A stretch of 64,000 nt of DNA from Dissulfurispiraceae bacterium (lineage in GTDB: Bacteria > Nitrospirota > Thermodesulfovibrionia > Thermodesulfovibrionales > Dissulfurispiraceae), in the NCBI GenBank assembly GCA_034002665.1, contig JAVFAA010000001.1:300748-364747 (forward strand). Direction: 5' to 3'. Below the pieces are notes generated by a model. It had not been told where the DNA came from, ran no database searches, and saw only the letters and a program-made list of their open reading frames with translations. Position numbers and translations under genes: made by a program. Shown here piece by piece: positions 19,274-29,740 of the stretch; position 1 is the stretch's first letter; each line of letters begins with the position of its first letter.

Positions 19274-20085
19274 GGGAATCTATGCAGCGTATTATGAAAA
19301 TAATTTACCCCAAAGAATGTGAACAGAAGCACTAAAAATCCGAGTATTGAGAGCATGGCAGCTTTTTTGCCCCTCCATCCTGCAGCGAGCCTCACATGGA
19401 TGACAATAGCGTATATAAGCCATGCTATCAGAGACCAGACCTCTTTTGGATCCCATCTCCAGTAGCTGCCCCATGCGCTCTCTGCCCATAGCGCTCCGGT
19501 AATTATCGCAAGAGTCAGCAGCGGGAATCCCGCGCTGATCAGTCTATAGTTCATATCATCCAGCGTCTGCACGCTGGGCAGCCGCTGGAATATTCCATGA
19601 AGTCTTTTTGATTTCAGGTTTGCGTCCTGGATCAGATACATTATACCCGCTCCAAAAGCCACAGCAAATGCCGCGTTGCCAAGAAATGCCAGCAGGGTGT
19701 GTATACCGAGCCAGTAGCTTTTGAGCGCAGGTGCAAGCGGATTGGCCTCTCTTGGCATGATTGATGCGGAGAGCATAAGCAGGAATATCACAGGCATGGT
19801 AAAGGATGCCATTATTCCGATTTTGTAGCGTCTGCTTATTACAAAAAATACAAGCATTACGCACCATGCAAAGAATGATGATGCTTCATGCATGCTTGTT
19901 ATCGGAAGCTGGTCTGTTTCAATATACCTTGCTGCAACTCCTGCAGTATGAAGTGCGAATCCGGCCCATGCAAATACAAACATCATCTTTGAAGCGCCTC
20001 TGCTCTCTCTGAAAAGCTCAGAAAGGCTTACTATCGCTGCTGCGAAGTAAAAGGTGAGCGCAAGTTCAAAGAGCAGGGTTGCCAT
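19270..20085 (-). CDS. CcsA/HemX-like cytochrome c assembly membrane protein
   Basis: 271 aa polytopic protein with a Trp-rich WWD-type motif (WAESAWGSYWRWDPKEVWSL). It sits upstream of hemA. Confidence 0.8.
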   Translation of the reverse strand: MATLLFELALTFYFAAAIVSLSELFRESRGASKMMFVFAWAGFALHTAGVAARYIETDQLPITSMHEASSFFAWCVMLVFFVISRRYKIGIMASFTMPVIFLLMLSASIMPREANPLAPALKSYWLGIHTLLAFLGNAAFAVAFGAGIMYLIQDANLKSKRLHGIFQRLPSVQTLDDMNYRLISAGFPLLTLAIITGALWAESAWGSYWRWDPKEVWSLIAWLIYAIVIHVRLAAGWRGKKAAMLSILGFLVLLFTFFGVNYFHNTLHRFP

Positions 20086-20822
20086 CAGAAGCAGCCGAGT
20101 TCGCAGTTTGTTATTTTGAGCTTCAGCTCGTTTGCTGCTTTTGCTATCTCGGAGTACGGCACTCCAAGGCTCTCAGCTATCTGTCTGGCAGCAGTGCAGG
20201 TTATTTTGCCGTCAGAAGCTGTTGATTCCAGCATTTTTTTAAGTCTGCTGTCTACTGCTGTCTTATCCATCATACCTACCATTAACCTGAGAGCTGATGT
20301 TTCGGCAGGATCAAATCTGATAACTCGCCTGCCTGAGACCGGCTCAGTGTCAGTTTTGATATCAAGATGAGAGGCTGAAACAATAATGTCGGCTTTATTT
20401 AGCAGATTGACAGCCGAAGGCTTCATGCCTTCTTCATCCCGACTGACTAAAAATATTACTATATCAGGATTCGAAAACTCAATCGCACTGTTTCCTTCCA
20501 CTATCAGCGCATCCATATCAGACAGCATGCTGAGGGCTTTTGGCATTGCATCGGCAAGGTCTTCGCGCCGCGCCCTGACCCATAAAACCTTCTCTGCACC
20601 TGATGTCTTAAGATCATATGTGTCCTTGCCTTGTTCGAGCAGTATGTTTTCATCAGATATTATTTCTGAATTGAACCTCGCAGCCGTAAACTTGACTGCA
20701 CCCCATCTTTTATAGTGCGAGAAACTCCCTTTGTCATGAATGTCTGATGTGAGGAATTTAAGCAGTGCGGCAGCCAGAGTGGTCTTGCCTGCACCGCTCT
20801 GGCTGCTGCCTATGCCAATAAT
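20085..20822 (-). CDS. MobB-like P-loop NTPase with Cys-containing C-terminal extension (start codon uncertain)
   Basis: The minus-strand frame reads ..KPFIIGIGSSQSGAGKTTLAAALL..GKDTYDLKTSGA..ALIVEGNS.., resembling MobB. The track only reports the last 153 aa from an internal Met. No ATG/GTG/TTG lies between the in-frame stop and the Walker A, so the 5' end given is the ATT pair at 20817-20822. Confidence 0.55.
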   Translation of the reverse strand: MIGIGSSQSGAGKTTLAAALLKFLTSDIHDKGSFSHYKRWGAVKFTAARFNSEIISDENILLEQGKDTYDLKTSGAEKVLWVRARREDLADAMPKALSMLSDMDALIVEGNSAIEFSNPDIVIFLVSRDEEGMKPSAVNLLNKADIIVSASHLDIKTDTEPVSGRRVIRFDPAETSALRLMVGMMDKTAVDSRLKKMLESTASDGKITCTAARQIAESLGVPYSEIAKAANELKLKITNCELGCF

Positions 20823-20829
20823 AAAAGGT

Positions 20830-23124
20830 TTATTCTGAATCTTCTGTATGACCGCACCCTTCTGTTACACAGGCGTATGACAGATCGCCTGCTTTTGACC
20901 TCTTCTCAACAAGCAGCGGTGCTTTACATTTAGGGCACTCTTTTGGAACAGGCCTGAACCATGTTGCAAATTTGCAGTTGGGATAGTTGCTGCAGCTCCA
21001 GAATGGTTTGCCCTTTTTTGTCTTTCGCTCAACAATATTGCCGCCGTCAACAGGACATTTGATGCCTGTTGCAAGAGGTTTTGCGTTTTTGCATTCAGGG
21101 TATTTTGAGCAGGCCAGAAATCTGCCGAACCTCCCTTTTTTAATTATCATCGGAGATCCGCACTTGTCGCACTTTTCGTCTGTTGCCTCTGTTTCCTGCT
21201 GAGTCTGGCCTGTGCTGTCCTCAAGAGGCCTTGTGTTTTTGCAGTTTGGGTAGCCTGAACATGCATAGAATCTGCCATGCCTTCCCCACCTGATCACCAT
21301 CGGAGATCCGCACTTGTCGCACTTCTGTTCAGTTGCTATGTCTTCAGGCTTCACCTTGCCGCTCTCTTTTGAAGCCTTCAGAAGATCTTTATTAAAGGGA
21401 GTGTAAAAATCTTTTACAACCTTGGGCCATTTCATTTTCGCAGTCTCGATGAAGTCGAGTTCATTCTCCATTTTTGCTGTGAAGCTGAAATCAATAAGCT
21501 CAGGGAACTTGTCAACAAGCAGATCATTTACAACAACGCCGAGTTCTGTTGGGCTGAACCTGCCATCATTCTTTTCAACATATTTTCTATCCTGAATGGT
21601 TGAGAGTATGGCTGCATATGTACTCGGTCTGCCAATGCCTTTTTCCTCAAGTGTTTTAACAAGCGTTGCTTCGGTATATCTTGGGGGAGGCTGCGTAAAG
21701 TGCTGGATCTTGTTGAGCTCTTTCATGTTTACATCAGCATCTTCTTCAAGCTCTGGCAGCAGGCCGCCTTCTTCTTCTTCAATCTCATCCTTTGTCTCGG
21801 TATATAGTGCCATGAAGCCGGGGAATCTTATCACAGTGCCTGATGCCCTGAACTCTGTTGTCTGGTTGGTTTTGGGCGAGGATTTGACGCCTATCAAAAT
21901 AGTGGTCAGATCCAGTTGCGCTGGGCTCATCTGGCTCGCTATAAATCTGTTCCATATAAGGTTATATAAAGAGTATTGATCTTTTGTGAGATATGACTTT
22001 ACAGATTCAGGGGTTTTATCCATGTATGTCGGTCTTACAGCCTCATGGGCATCCTGAGCACTGCCTTTACTTTTGTAAACATTGAATTTGCCAGGATGGT
22101 ATTCTTTGCCGAACTTTTCTTCAATATATGTCTTTGCCCACTCCTGTGCTTCAGGGGCTATTCTGTAAGAATCTGTTCTCATATAGGTTATAAGACCTGC
22201 GGAGCCTTCCTTGCCGAGTTCAATTCCTTCATAAAGCTGCTGTGCTGTCATCATTGTCTTTTTTGCGGTAAAACGCAGCTTTCTTGAGGCCTCTTGCTGG
22301 AGAGTGCTTGTTATGAAAGGCGCTGCAGGAGATCTCTTGCGCAGCTTCTTTTCAACGGATGTGACAACAAACTCCTGCTTTTCAAGATCTGCTGAGACAG
22401 CTTCAGCTGTTTTTCCATCTTTGATCAGAAATCGCTCATCCTCTTTTTTTGCATCTCTGTTGACCACCAGCGCGTTTTTATATTTGTATAATCTTGCATT
22501 AAATTGCTGAGTGCCGCCTGAAGCAGCAGCCATTACAGCCTCTATTGTCCAGTATTCTTCCTTGTTAAATGCGCTGATCTCTCTTTCTCTGTCAACAACA
22601 AGTCGCACGGCAACAGACTGCACTCTGCCTGCGCTCAGCCCGCGCCTCACTTTTTTCCAGAGAAACGGACTCAGATTATAGCCGACCAGCCTGTCGAGTA
22701 TGCGCCTTGCCTGCTGTGCATCAACTTTGTTGATGTCAATTTCTCCGGGTGTTTTAATCGCTTCGTTCACAGCCCTTTCTGTAATTTCGTTGAAGGTTAC
22801 TCTGAATATTTTTTTCTTGCCTTTTGCAGGAGTGATCTCTTCTGCAATATGGTTGGCGATTGCCTCGCCTTCGCGGTCAGGGTCTGTGGCTATGTATATT
22901 GTATCTGCTTTTTTTGCTTCGCTTTTAAGCTCTTTGACAACCTTTTCCTTGCCTGGAATTATCATGTATTTCGGCTCAAAATTATTGTCCACATCTACCC
23001 CCAGCTCTTTTTTGGGCAGATCTTTTATATGGCCAACTGATGCCTTTACCCCAAAATCCTTACCGAGTATCTTGTTGATTGTTTTTGCTTTTGCCGGCGA
23101 TTCAACTATTACAAGCGATTTCAA
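20830..23124 (-). CDS. topA: DNA topoisomerase I
   Basis: 764 aa with a TOPRIM N-terminus (LVIVESPAKAKTI), an active-site Tyr region (ITYMRTDS) and three C-terminal C4 zinc ribbons (CDKCGSPM..). Confidence 0.95.
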   Translation of the reverse strand: MKSLVIVESPAKAKTINKILGKDFGVKASVGHIKDLPKKELGVDVDNNFEPKYMIIPGKEKVVKELKSEAKKADTIYIATDPDREGEAIANHIAEEITPAKGKKKIFRVTFNEITERAVNEAIKTPGEIDINKVDAQQARRILDRLVGYNLSPFLWKKVRRGLSAGRVQSVAVRLVVDREREISAFNKEEYWTIEAVMAAASGGTQQFNARLYKYKNALVVNRDAKKEDERFLIKDGKTAEAVSADLEKQEFVVTSVEKKLRKRSPAAPFITSTLQQEASRKLRFTAKKTMMTAQQLYEGIELGKEGSAGLITYMRTDSYRIAPEAQEWAKTYIEEKFGKEYHPGKFNVYKSKGSAQDAHEAVRPTYMDKTPESVKSYLTKDQYSLYNLIWNRFIASQMSPAQLDLTTILIGVKSSPKTNQTTEFRASGTVIRFPGFMALYTETKDEIEEEEGGLLPELEEDADVNMKELNKIQHFTQPPPRYTEATLVKTLEEKGIGRPSTYAAILSTIQDRKYVEKNDGRFSPTELGVVVNDLLVDKFPELIDFSFTAKMENELDFIETAKMKWPKVVKDFYTPFNKDLLKASKESGKVKPEDIATEQKCDKCGSPMVIRWGRHGRFYACSGYPNCKNTRPLEDSTGQTQQETEATDEKCDKCGSPMIIKKGRFGRFLACSKYPECKNAKPLATGIKCPVDGGNIVERKTKKGKPFWSCSNYPNCKFATWFRPVPKECPKCKAPLLVEKRSKAGDLSYACVTEGCGHTEDSE

Positions 23125-23137
23125 GCAGCGGCCTCCT

Positions 23138-23422
23138 TCAGTTCCAGGTTATCTGTCGCCCTCTGCCGAAGACAAAGGCGTAGATATCTTCAATGTCTAT
23201 TTCTGAATCTTTTATTAAAATAAATGACAGAAGAGCACGTATTGTGTCAAGCTCAGCCTCGTCTATGCTGCTGGAGGTCTCCATTGATGAGAGCTCATCC
23301 TTTATCATGGGAAAGTCGAGATCAAAGCTGTTTATGCTCTTAAGAGTGTCATCAGCCTCATAACCCTTTTCGAACAGGTCTTTTGCCATAATCCGTAGCA
23401 CATCAATAATCCTTTTAGCCAA
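23138..23422 (-). CDS. Hypothetical acidic protein
   Basis: 94-aa ORF filling the dprA-topA gap. This is where smg/DUF494 lies in many genomes, but I cannot support homology. Confidence 0.4.
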   Translation of the reverse strand: MAKRIIDVLRIMAKDLFEKGYEADDTLKSINSFDLDFPMIKDELSSMETSSSIDEAELDTIRALLSFILIKDSEIDIEDIYAFVFGRGRQITWN

Positions 23423-23430
23423 GCATCCTC

Positions 23431-24570
23431 CTAAACAATTTCAAACTTTTTGCCGTCAAGCTGTTTCACTATGCCCTTAAGCTCCAGATTGAGCAGAATA
23501 CCCGATAGTTTTGAAGATGGTATGTTGAGCTGTCTCAAAATCTGATCGATATGCTGTGGTCCTGAGGCAAGAACAGTACATATTGCCTTTTCATCTTCAT
23601 TAATTTCAAGTGCTTCAATCCTGGCTGTTATGTCTGTTCCGGTTTTTGAACCTGACAGGTCAAGCTGCTTTTTTATCTTTGGCGCAAGCTCTTCAATTAT
23701 ATCACTGACATTAAGCACCAGCTTGGCTCCGCTGCTGATAAGCCTGTTTGTTCCTTCTGAATTTTTCTGCCCGATATTGCCAGGTACTGCAAATATTTCT
23801 TTGCCCTGCTCAAGGGCATATGATGCTGTTATAAGCGAGCCGCTGTTTGGCGCTGCCTCAACTACAAGCACACCGAGGGAGAGGCCGCTTATAAGTCTGT
23901 TGCGCCTCGGGAAGTTCTCTTTCAGCGGACCTGTGCCAAACGGGAACTCGCTTATAACAGCGCCTGATTCAGTGATTTTATTAAATAATCGTCTGTTTTC
24001 AGAAGGATAGATAATATCGAGTCCTGAACCGAGTACAGCTATTGTCCTGCCGCCAGCGTTAAGTGCTGCCTCATGCGCTGCTGTGTCTATGCCGCGGGCC
24101 ATGCCGCTTATTATTGTGAGTCCTGCGGCAGCGAGTCCGCCTGAAAGTTCGCGCACAGCCTTTTTACCGTACTCAGACATAAGTCTTGAGCCTACAACAG
24201 CTACTGAGTTCAGATCATCGGGGCATATTCTGCCCTTAACATAAATGACAACAGGAGCATCATCAAAATTGCGTAGCTGCTCAGGATAGTCAGGATGCAG
24301 AAAGTGGATTATTGATACGCCTTTTGATTCAGCTTTTGCGATCTCTCTGTCAACAATATCCCATCTGCTGAATGACCTGATGCTCTCTGCCTTTGATGCT
24401 CCGATATTGACTGTGGCAGCAAGCTCTTTATATGTTGCATTGAAAATATTTTCAGCACTATGAAACCTGCTCAGCAGCTTTCTGTATGAAGATATGCCGA
24501 TGTCTCTGGCAAAGACCATTGCGAGTGAACAGCGGAGCTCACTGGATGCATGGTCAACAGGTGTGTACAT
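23431..24570 (-). CDS. dprA: DNA processing protein DprA
   Basis: 379 aa with the Rossmann core GMARGIDTAAHEAAL..AVLGSGLD..PENFPRRNRLISGLS and a C-terminal winged-helix domain. Confidence 0.9.
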   Translation of the reverse strand: MYTPVDHASSELRCSLAMVFARDIGISSYRKLLSRFHSAENIFNATYKELAATVNIGASKAESIRSFSRWDIVDREIAKAESKGVSIIHFLHPDYPEQLRNFDDAPVVIYVKGRICPDDLNSVAVVGSRLMSEYGKKAVRELSGGLAAAGLTIISGMARGIDTAAHEAALNAGGRTIAVLGSGLDIIYPSENRRLFNKITESGAVISEFPFGTGPLKENFPRRNRLISGLSLGVLVVEAAPNSGSLITASYALEQGKEIFAVPGNIGQKNSEGTNRLISSGAKLVLNVSDIIEELAPKIKKQLDLSGSKTGTDITARIEALEINEDEKAICTVLASGPQHIDQILRQLNIPSSKLSGILLNLELKGIVKQLDGKKFEIV

Positions 24571-24641
24571 ATTCTGCTCCTGAGCAGGACAGCAGTTTTG
24601 CCGCTGCTGTCCTGCAGATTAATGGTTATGAAGATTTTCGA

Positions 24642-25838
24642 TTATCCTCTGAGCAGTTTACGCATCTTCAGTCTGAGCGCGTTTAGCTTTATAAAGCCTT
24701 CAGCATCCCGCTGATTATATATTTTTTCTGCTTCAAAGGTTGCGAGCTCCTGATGGTAAAGCGAATTTGGAGACTTTCTGCCGACTACTGAACAACTGCC
24801 TTTGTATAGCTTGAGCCTCGCTGTTCCTGTAACATCTTTTTGTATGTTGTCAATGGTTGACTGCATGATTTCTCGTTCAGGAGCAAACCAGTAGCCATAA
24901 TAAACAAGTTCCGCGTATTTTGGTATCAGGGAATCTCTGAAATGCATCACTTCCCGATCGAGTGTCAGAGACTCAACAGCCCTGTGCGCTGTATGCAGCA
25001 CTGTGCCTGCAGGTGTTTCATATACTCCTCTTGATTTCATTCCAACATATCTGTTTTCAACAAGATCAACACGGCCTATGCCGTTTTCTCCTGCAAGCCT
25101 GTTCAGTTTTTCAAAAAGTGCAACTGGGCCGAGCTGCTCTCCATTGAGAGCTGTCGGATTGCCTTCTTTATACTCTATTTCTATATAAGTTGGTTTATCC
25201 GGAGCTTTTTCAGCAGGCACCATCATTGTATACATGTCCTCAGTAGGCTCTGCCCAGGGATCTTCGAGTACCCCGCCCTCATAGCTTATATGCAGGATAT
25301 TTCTGTCTGTGCTGTATGGTTTTGCTTTTGTTGCTGTTACAGGGATGCCATGTTTTTCCGAATATTCGATCAGGGATTCACGGGAATTGAATGGCCACTC
25401 TCTCCATGGTGCAATAACCTTTATGTCAGGCTTGAGAGCGTAGTATGACAACTCAAAACGGACCTGGTCATTTCCCTTGCCTGTTGAGCCGTGTGATACA
25501 GCATCAGCACCCTCTTTTATAGCTATTTCAATCTGTTTTTTTGCTATCAGCGGCCTTGCTATTGATGTGCCGAGTAGATATACGCCTTCATAAACCGCAT
25601 TTGCCCTGAGCATCGGGAATATATAGTCGCGTATGAACTCTTCGCGCAGATCCTCAACATAGGCTTTTGAAGCTCCTGTGCTGATCGCCTTGGCTTCTAC
25701 CGGATCAAGCTCTTCTCCCTGTCCAAGATCAGCGCAGAACGCTATGATTTCAGAATTGTATGTCTCTTTCAGCCATGCTATTGCTACCGATGTGTCAAGA
25801 CCACCTGAATAAGCTAGTACAATCTTTTTTGCCATCAT
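24642..25838 (-). CDS. argG: Argininosuccinate synthase
   Basis: 398 aa with [12 protein letters not shown]-binding motif and [13 protein letters not shown]. Confidence 0.95.
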   Translation of the reverse strand: MMAKKIVLAYSGGLDTSVAIAWLKETYNSEIIAFCADLGQGEELDPVEAKAISTGASKAYVEDLREEFIRDYIFPMLRANAVYEGVYLLGTSIARPLIAKKQIEIAIKEGADAVSHGSTGKGNDQVRFELSYYALKPDIKVIAPWREWPFNSRESLIEYSEKHGIPVTATKAKPYSTDRNILHISYEGGVLEDPWAEPTEDMYTMMVPAEKAPDKPTYIEIEYKEGNPTALNGEQLGPVALFEKLNRLAGENGIGRVDLVENRYVGMKSRGVYETPAGTVLHTAHRAVESLTLDREVMHFRDSLIPKYAELVYYGYWFAPEREIMQSTIDNIQKDVTGTARLKLYKGSCSVVGRKSPNSLYHQELATFEAEKIYNQRDAEGFIKLNALRLKMRKLLRG

Positions 25839-25902
25839 ATCCTCCGGATGTATATTTAAATGATTGTTTTGAGGCGAAAGAGAAAAGATATCACAAAAAG
25901 GG

Positions 25903-26142
25903 TTATTTTTTCTTTATCCTTATCCTCTGGACCCTTCTTTTGCCGGGTGAACTGAGCACCTTGCCGTCTAAAAGGTCGCAAAGCTTTGAAATTTCGTCAT
26001 AAACTCCTTCAATATCAGTAATCACCTCAAGGACCTCATCTTGCTCCAAAAGAATAAACGGACGCCTGACCTTAATTACAGCGAGCGCAGGTGCAGAGCC
26101 TTTAAGGTCTAATACGATATCAGCTTTTTTACGGCCTGCCAT
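25903..26142 (-). CDS. TusA/SirA-fold protein lacking the catalytic cysteine
   Basis: 79 aa. [24 protein letters not shown] follows the TusA pattern LDxxGLxCPxP..GevLeV..D, but with Ala in place of Cys. Confidence 0.35.
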   Translation of the reverse strand: MAGRKKADIVLDLKGSAPALAVIKVRRPFILLEQDEVLEVITDIEGVYDEISKLCDLLDGKVLSSPGKRRVQRIRIKKK

Positions 26143-26419
26143 AGCCTCTGTCCTCCGATATTAATATCAGCATAAGGCTTTATTTTGACAGAAGAGGCTG
26201 TCTGGCTTCAAATTTTATGATTTATCAATGCATTTTTTGTATGAATTCCTCAACTGGTAATGCCGGCATTGTGAATAGCTGAATGCTGCACCTGGCTCCA
26301 AGCTCCATTGATCCGTCATTGTTTTTTAAGTTGTTGTCAGATTGTTTTGCCTTGCTGTCGTTCTGTTGCGATGGTTTTTATTATTGACTGACTGACTGCC
26401 TCTCTTTTAGATTATTTAT

Positions 26420-27274
26420 ATGGAAATAATACGAATTCCCATCATAATGCAGCAGACCGCAGAGGAGCACAGGCTCAGCTCAAGGACGATCGGGCTTGTG
26501 CCTACCATGGGTGCGCTGCATGAAGGCCATATAAGTCTGATAAAGTGTTCAAAGTCAGAAAATGATATTACAGCAGTCAGCATTTTTGTCAATCCCACAC
26601 AGTTTGGCCGTAATGAGGACTTTGACACATATCCCAAAGATACAGAAACAGATATCCTGAAGCTCAGGGACTCTGGCGTTGACATGCTGTTTCTGCCGGA
26701 TGCATCACAGATGTATCCGCAAGGTTTTGTAACGAACATAACTGTTAAAGATATTGATTCAAAGCTGTGCGGAGCATTCAGGCCGGGACACTTCAGCGGT
26801 GTTGCGACTGTTGTCTGCAAGCTTCTTAATATTGTGAAGCCGGCCAGGGCATATTTCGGTCAGAAGGACTTTCAACAGACAGTGATAATACAAAGAATGA
26901 TAACTGATCTGAATATGGATTGCGATATAGTGGTATGCCCGATTGTCCGGGACAGTGACGGTCTTGCAAAGAGCTCTCGAAACGCCTATCTTGCTGATGA
27001 CAGCAGGAAAGCCGCACTTGTTATTTATAAGGCTCTTAGGGCTGGCGCAGATATTATAAATTCAGGTGAGAGAAATGCCCTTGCTGTAAAAAAGAAGATG
27101 AATGATATGCTCGGTTCAGAACCGCTTGTGTCAGAGGTCCAGTATGCCTCTATATATGATCCTGTTACTCTGGATGAGCTTTCTGAAACAGGGAAAGAGA
27201 ACCTGCTTGCGATTGCGCTCAGGATTGGAGAGGTGAGGCTCATAGATAATATGCTTGTAAGCATTCATAAATAG
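26420..27274 (+). CDS. panC: Pantoate--beta-alanine ligase
   Basis: 284 aa with PTMGALHEGHISL (HIGH-like) and FGQKDFQQ motifs. Confidence 0.93.
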   Translation: MEIIRIPIIMQQTAEEHRLSSRTIGLVPTMGALHEGHISLIKCSKSENDITAVSIFVNPTQFGRNEDFDTYPKDTETDILKLRDSGVDMLFLPDASQMYPQGFVTNITVKDIDSKLCGAFRPGHFSGVATVVCKLLNIVKPARAYFGQKDFQQTVIIQRMITDLNMDCDIVVCPIVRDSDGLAKSSRNAYLADDSRKAALVIYKALRAGADIINSGERNALAVKKKMNDMLGSEPLVSEVQYASIYDPVTLDELSETGKENLLAIALRIGEVRLIDNMLVSIHK

Positions 27275-27456
27275 CTCTCCAGGGTTAATTTATTCCATTG
27301 CATCTTTTTTTCTTTTATTTTTCAATGAACCTAAAATTGCATTATCTGCTTTTAATTTTTTTATCGGGTTGTTTTTGTTATTTTGCAATTGCTGTTATTC
27401 CATCGTGCTGGTTTATTACCGCTCTATTGAACAGCTATATGATATAATTTGATTAA

Positions 27457-28767
27457 ATGAAAACAAGATTATTTACCTTTATTTTGCTGATTGCCTCCCT
27501 GTTTCTAATATCCGGAGTATCTTTTTCCGCTCCTTCAAAAAAAGAAGAGAAAAAGAGGCCCCTGGTTACTGTCATAACAGTTGATGGGGTTATAAATCCT
27601 GTTGCAGCAGAGCATATACACAGATCCATAAAAAAGGCTCTGTCAAACGGTTCAGAGGCATTGATTGTGGAGCTGGATACCCCAGGGGGTCTCGACACCT
27701 CAATGCGTCTGATCGTGAAAGACATATTTGCTTCAGAAGTGCCTGTTATAGTATTTGTCTCTCCCTCTGGAGCGCGTGCTGCATCAGCAGGTGTATTTAT
27801 CACAATGTCAGCGCATATTGCCGCAATGGCTCCGGGAACCAACATGGGAGCTGCTCACCCTGTTGCTGTTGGCGAAAAGATGGATAAGGTTACATCTGAC
27901 AAGGCTGCCAATGACGCAGCTGCGTATATCAAGTCAATAGCAGAGAGCAGGGGAAGGAATATTCAATGGGCAGAATCTGCTGTGCGTAAAAGCGTGTCAA
28001 TAACAGAGGCAGAGGCTTTAAAGTTAAATGTTATAGATATGGTGCAGAGTGATTTAAAAGCACTTCTTGCCGGAGTGGACGGTAAAAAGATTAAAACAGC
28101 CTTCAGGGAAGTGACTCTCAGAACAGCTGATGCTGATATTGAGAGGGTTGAGATGGGTTTCAGGCATAAGGTGCTGGATTTTGTGAGCAATCCAAATGTG
28201 GCCTATATATTAATGATGCTTGGCTTTTACGGTATATTTTTTGAACTTACAAATCCTGGCTCACTTGTGCCGGGTATTCTCGGAGGAATATCCCTGGTTC
28301 TCGCTTTTTATGCATTCCAGACGCTGCCTGTAAACTATGCGGGCCTTCTGCTTATAGTCATAGGAATCATACTCTTCATACTCGAGATCAAGGTGACTTC
28401 ATACGGACTGCTCTCTATAGGCGGCATAGGCTGTGTTGTGCTTGGTTCAATAATGCTGATTGATTCTCCTGATCCTATCATGAAATTATCTCTCTCTGTT
28501 GTTCTGCCTGCGGCATTGGTGACAGCCCTCTTTTTCGGGATCACCATAAGGCTTGCATTCAGGGCTTTCAGGAGAAGGCCGGTAACAGGAGTTGAAGGGC
28601 TGGTGGGTATTCATGGAGCAGCCATATCAGACATAGGCAGGGACAGCGGACAGGTGATGATACAGGGTGAGATATGGTCTGCATATTCTGAAGAATTGAT
28701 ACCTGCTGATGCAAAGATTATTGTGGAATCTGTTGAAGGGTTGAGAGTTAAAGTTAAAAGGTTCTGA
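27457..28767 (+). CDS. NfeD-family membrane-bound ClpP-class serine protease
   Basis: 436 aa with a signal peptide, a ClpP-like domain (LDTPGGL.., SGARAASAGVFI), TM helices and a C-terminal NfeD OB domain. Confidence 0.85.
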   Translation: MKTRLFTFILLIASLFLISGVSFSAPSKKEEKKRPLVTVITVDGVINPVAAEHIHRSIKKALSNGSEALIVELDTPGGLDTSMRLIVKDIFASEVPVIVFVSPSGARAASAGVFITMSAHIAAMAPGTNMGAAHPVAVGEKMDKVTSDKAANDAAAYIKSIAESRGRNIQWAESAVRKSVSITEAEALKLNVIDMVQSDLKALLAGVDGKKIKTAFREVTLRTADADIERVEMGFRHKVLDFVSNPNVAYILMMLGFYGIFFELTNPGSLVPGILGGISLVLAFYAFQTLPVNYAGLLLIVIGIILFILEIKVTSYGLLSIGGIGCVVLGSIMLIDSPDPIMKLSLSVVLPAALVTALFFGITIRLAFRAFRRRPVTGVEGLVGIHGAAISDIGRDSGQVMIQGEIWSAYSEELIPADAKIIVESVEGLRVKVKRF

Positions 28768-28888
28768 TATTTTGTCGTTTTTTTGAATCTGTGTTGATAA
28801 TTTCTGTATTGGTGAATTAAAATAATAGTTAAGAATGAGCGGCTTCTGAATATGTATTTCAGAGCCGCTGTTTTGAAGGAGGTAAAAA

Positions 28889-29734
28889 ATGAATATGTTT
28901 AAAACATTTGTCCTGCTTTTTGGACTTACTCTGTTTTTTATATTTATAGGCAATGCCATCGGCGGAAAACAGGGTGCAACAATAGCACTGTTCATAGCGC
29001 TTGCAATGAACTTCTTTTCTTACTGGTTCAGCGACAAGATAGTTCTCAAAATGTATCGAGCAAAACCTGTTACTGAGGCTGAGGCTCCTGAGTTCCATTC
29101 AATGGTGAGGCGTCTTGCTGCAAAGGCATCAATGCCCATGCCAAAAGTTTATATAATCAATGAAGATCAGCCCAATGCATTTGCTACCGGCAGAAATCCT
29201 GAGCATGCTGCTGTTGCTGCTACAACAGGAATAATGCGCATACTCACCAATGAGGAGCTTGAGGGTGTGATGGCGCATGAGCTTTCTCATGTAAAGCATA
29301 GAGACATTCTGATAGGCACAATAGCAGCAACCATTGCAGGAGCAATAAGCTATATGGCACATATGGCGCAGTGGGCTGCAATATTCGGCGGCAGAAGCAG
29401 TGATGATGATGGAGGCAGCAATCCGATCGGCGCCATAGCCATGATGATAATGGCTCCCATTGCAGCCATGCTGATACAGATGGCTATATCACGCTCCCGT
29501 GAATATGCTGCTGACGCAGGCGGCGCGAAGATAGCTGGCAATCCAAGATATCTTGCCAATGCCCTTCGCAAGCTTGATGCAGCGTCCAGACAGATTCCGA
29601 TGGATGCCTCACCTTCGACAGCCCATATGTTTATAGTTAACCCGCTGACAGGCGGTGGGTTAAGAAAGCTGTTCAGCACTCATCCTCCAATCGAGGAGCG
29701 CATCGCAAAATTAGAATCAATGAGCAGCTACTAA
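28889..29734 (+). CDS. htpX: Zinc metalloprotease HtpX
   Basis: 281 aa with the [10 protein letters not shown] zinc motif, four TM segments and a [11 protein letters not shown]-terminus. Confidence 0.93.
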   Translation: MNMFKTFVLLFGLTLFFIFIGNAIGGKQGATIALFIALAMNFFSYWFSDKIVLKMYRAKPVTEAEAPEFHSMVRRLAAKASMPMPKVYIINEDQPNAFATGRNPEHAAVAATTGIMRILTNEELEGVMAHELSHVKHRDILIGTIAATIAGAISYMAHMAQWAAIFGGRSSDDDGGSNPIGAIAMMIMAPIAAMLIQMAISRSREYAADAGGAKIAGNPRYLANALRKLDAASRQIPMDASPSTAHMFIVNPLTGGGLRKLFSTHPPIEERIAKLESMSSY

Positions 29735-29740
29735 CATACT

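Noticed and set aside
23431-24570. dprA as a partner of the PRTase/SLOG pair or as a defence gene
   Set aside because: It is a full-length canonical DprA in the conserved dprA-topA neighbourhood, so it is housekeeping. It served only as an internal comparator for the SLOG-like ORF.
26386-26398. Short tandem repeat (TGAC)x3 upstream of panC
   Set aside because: Three copies of a tetranucleotide in an intergenic region are too short to be meaningful.
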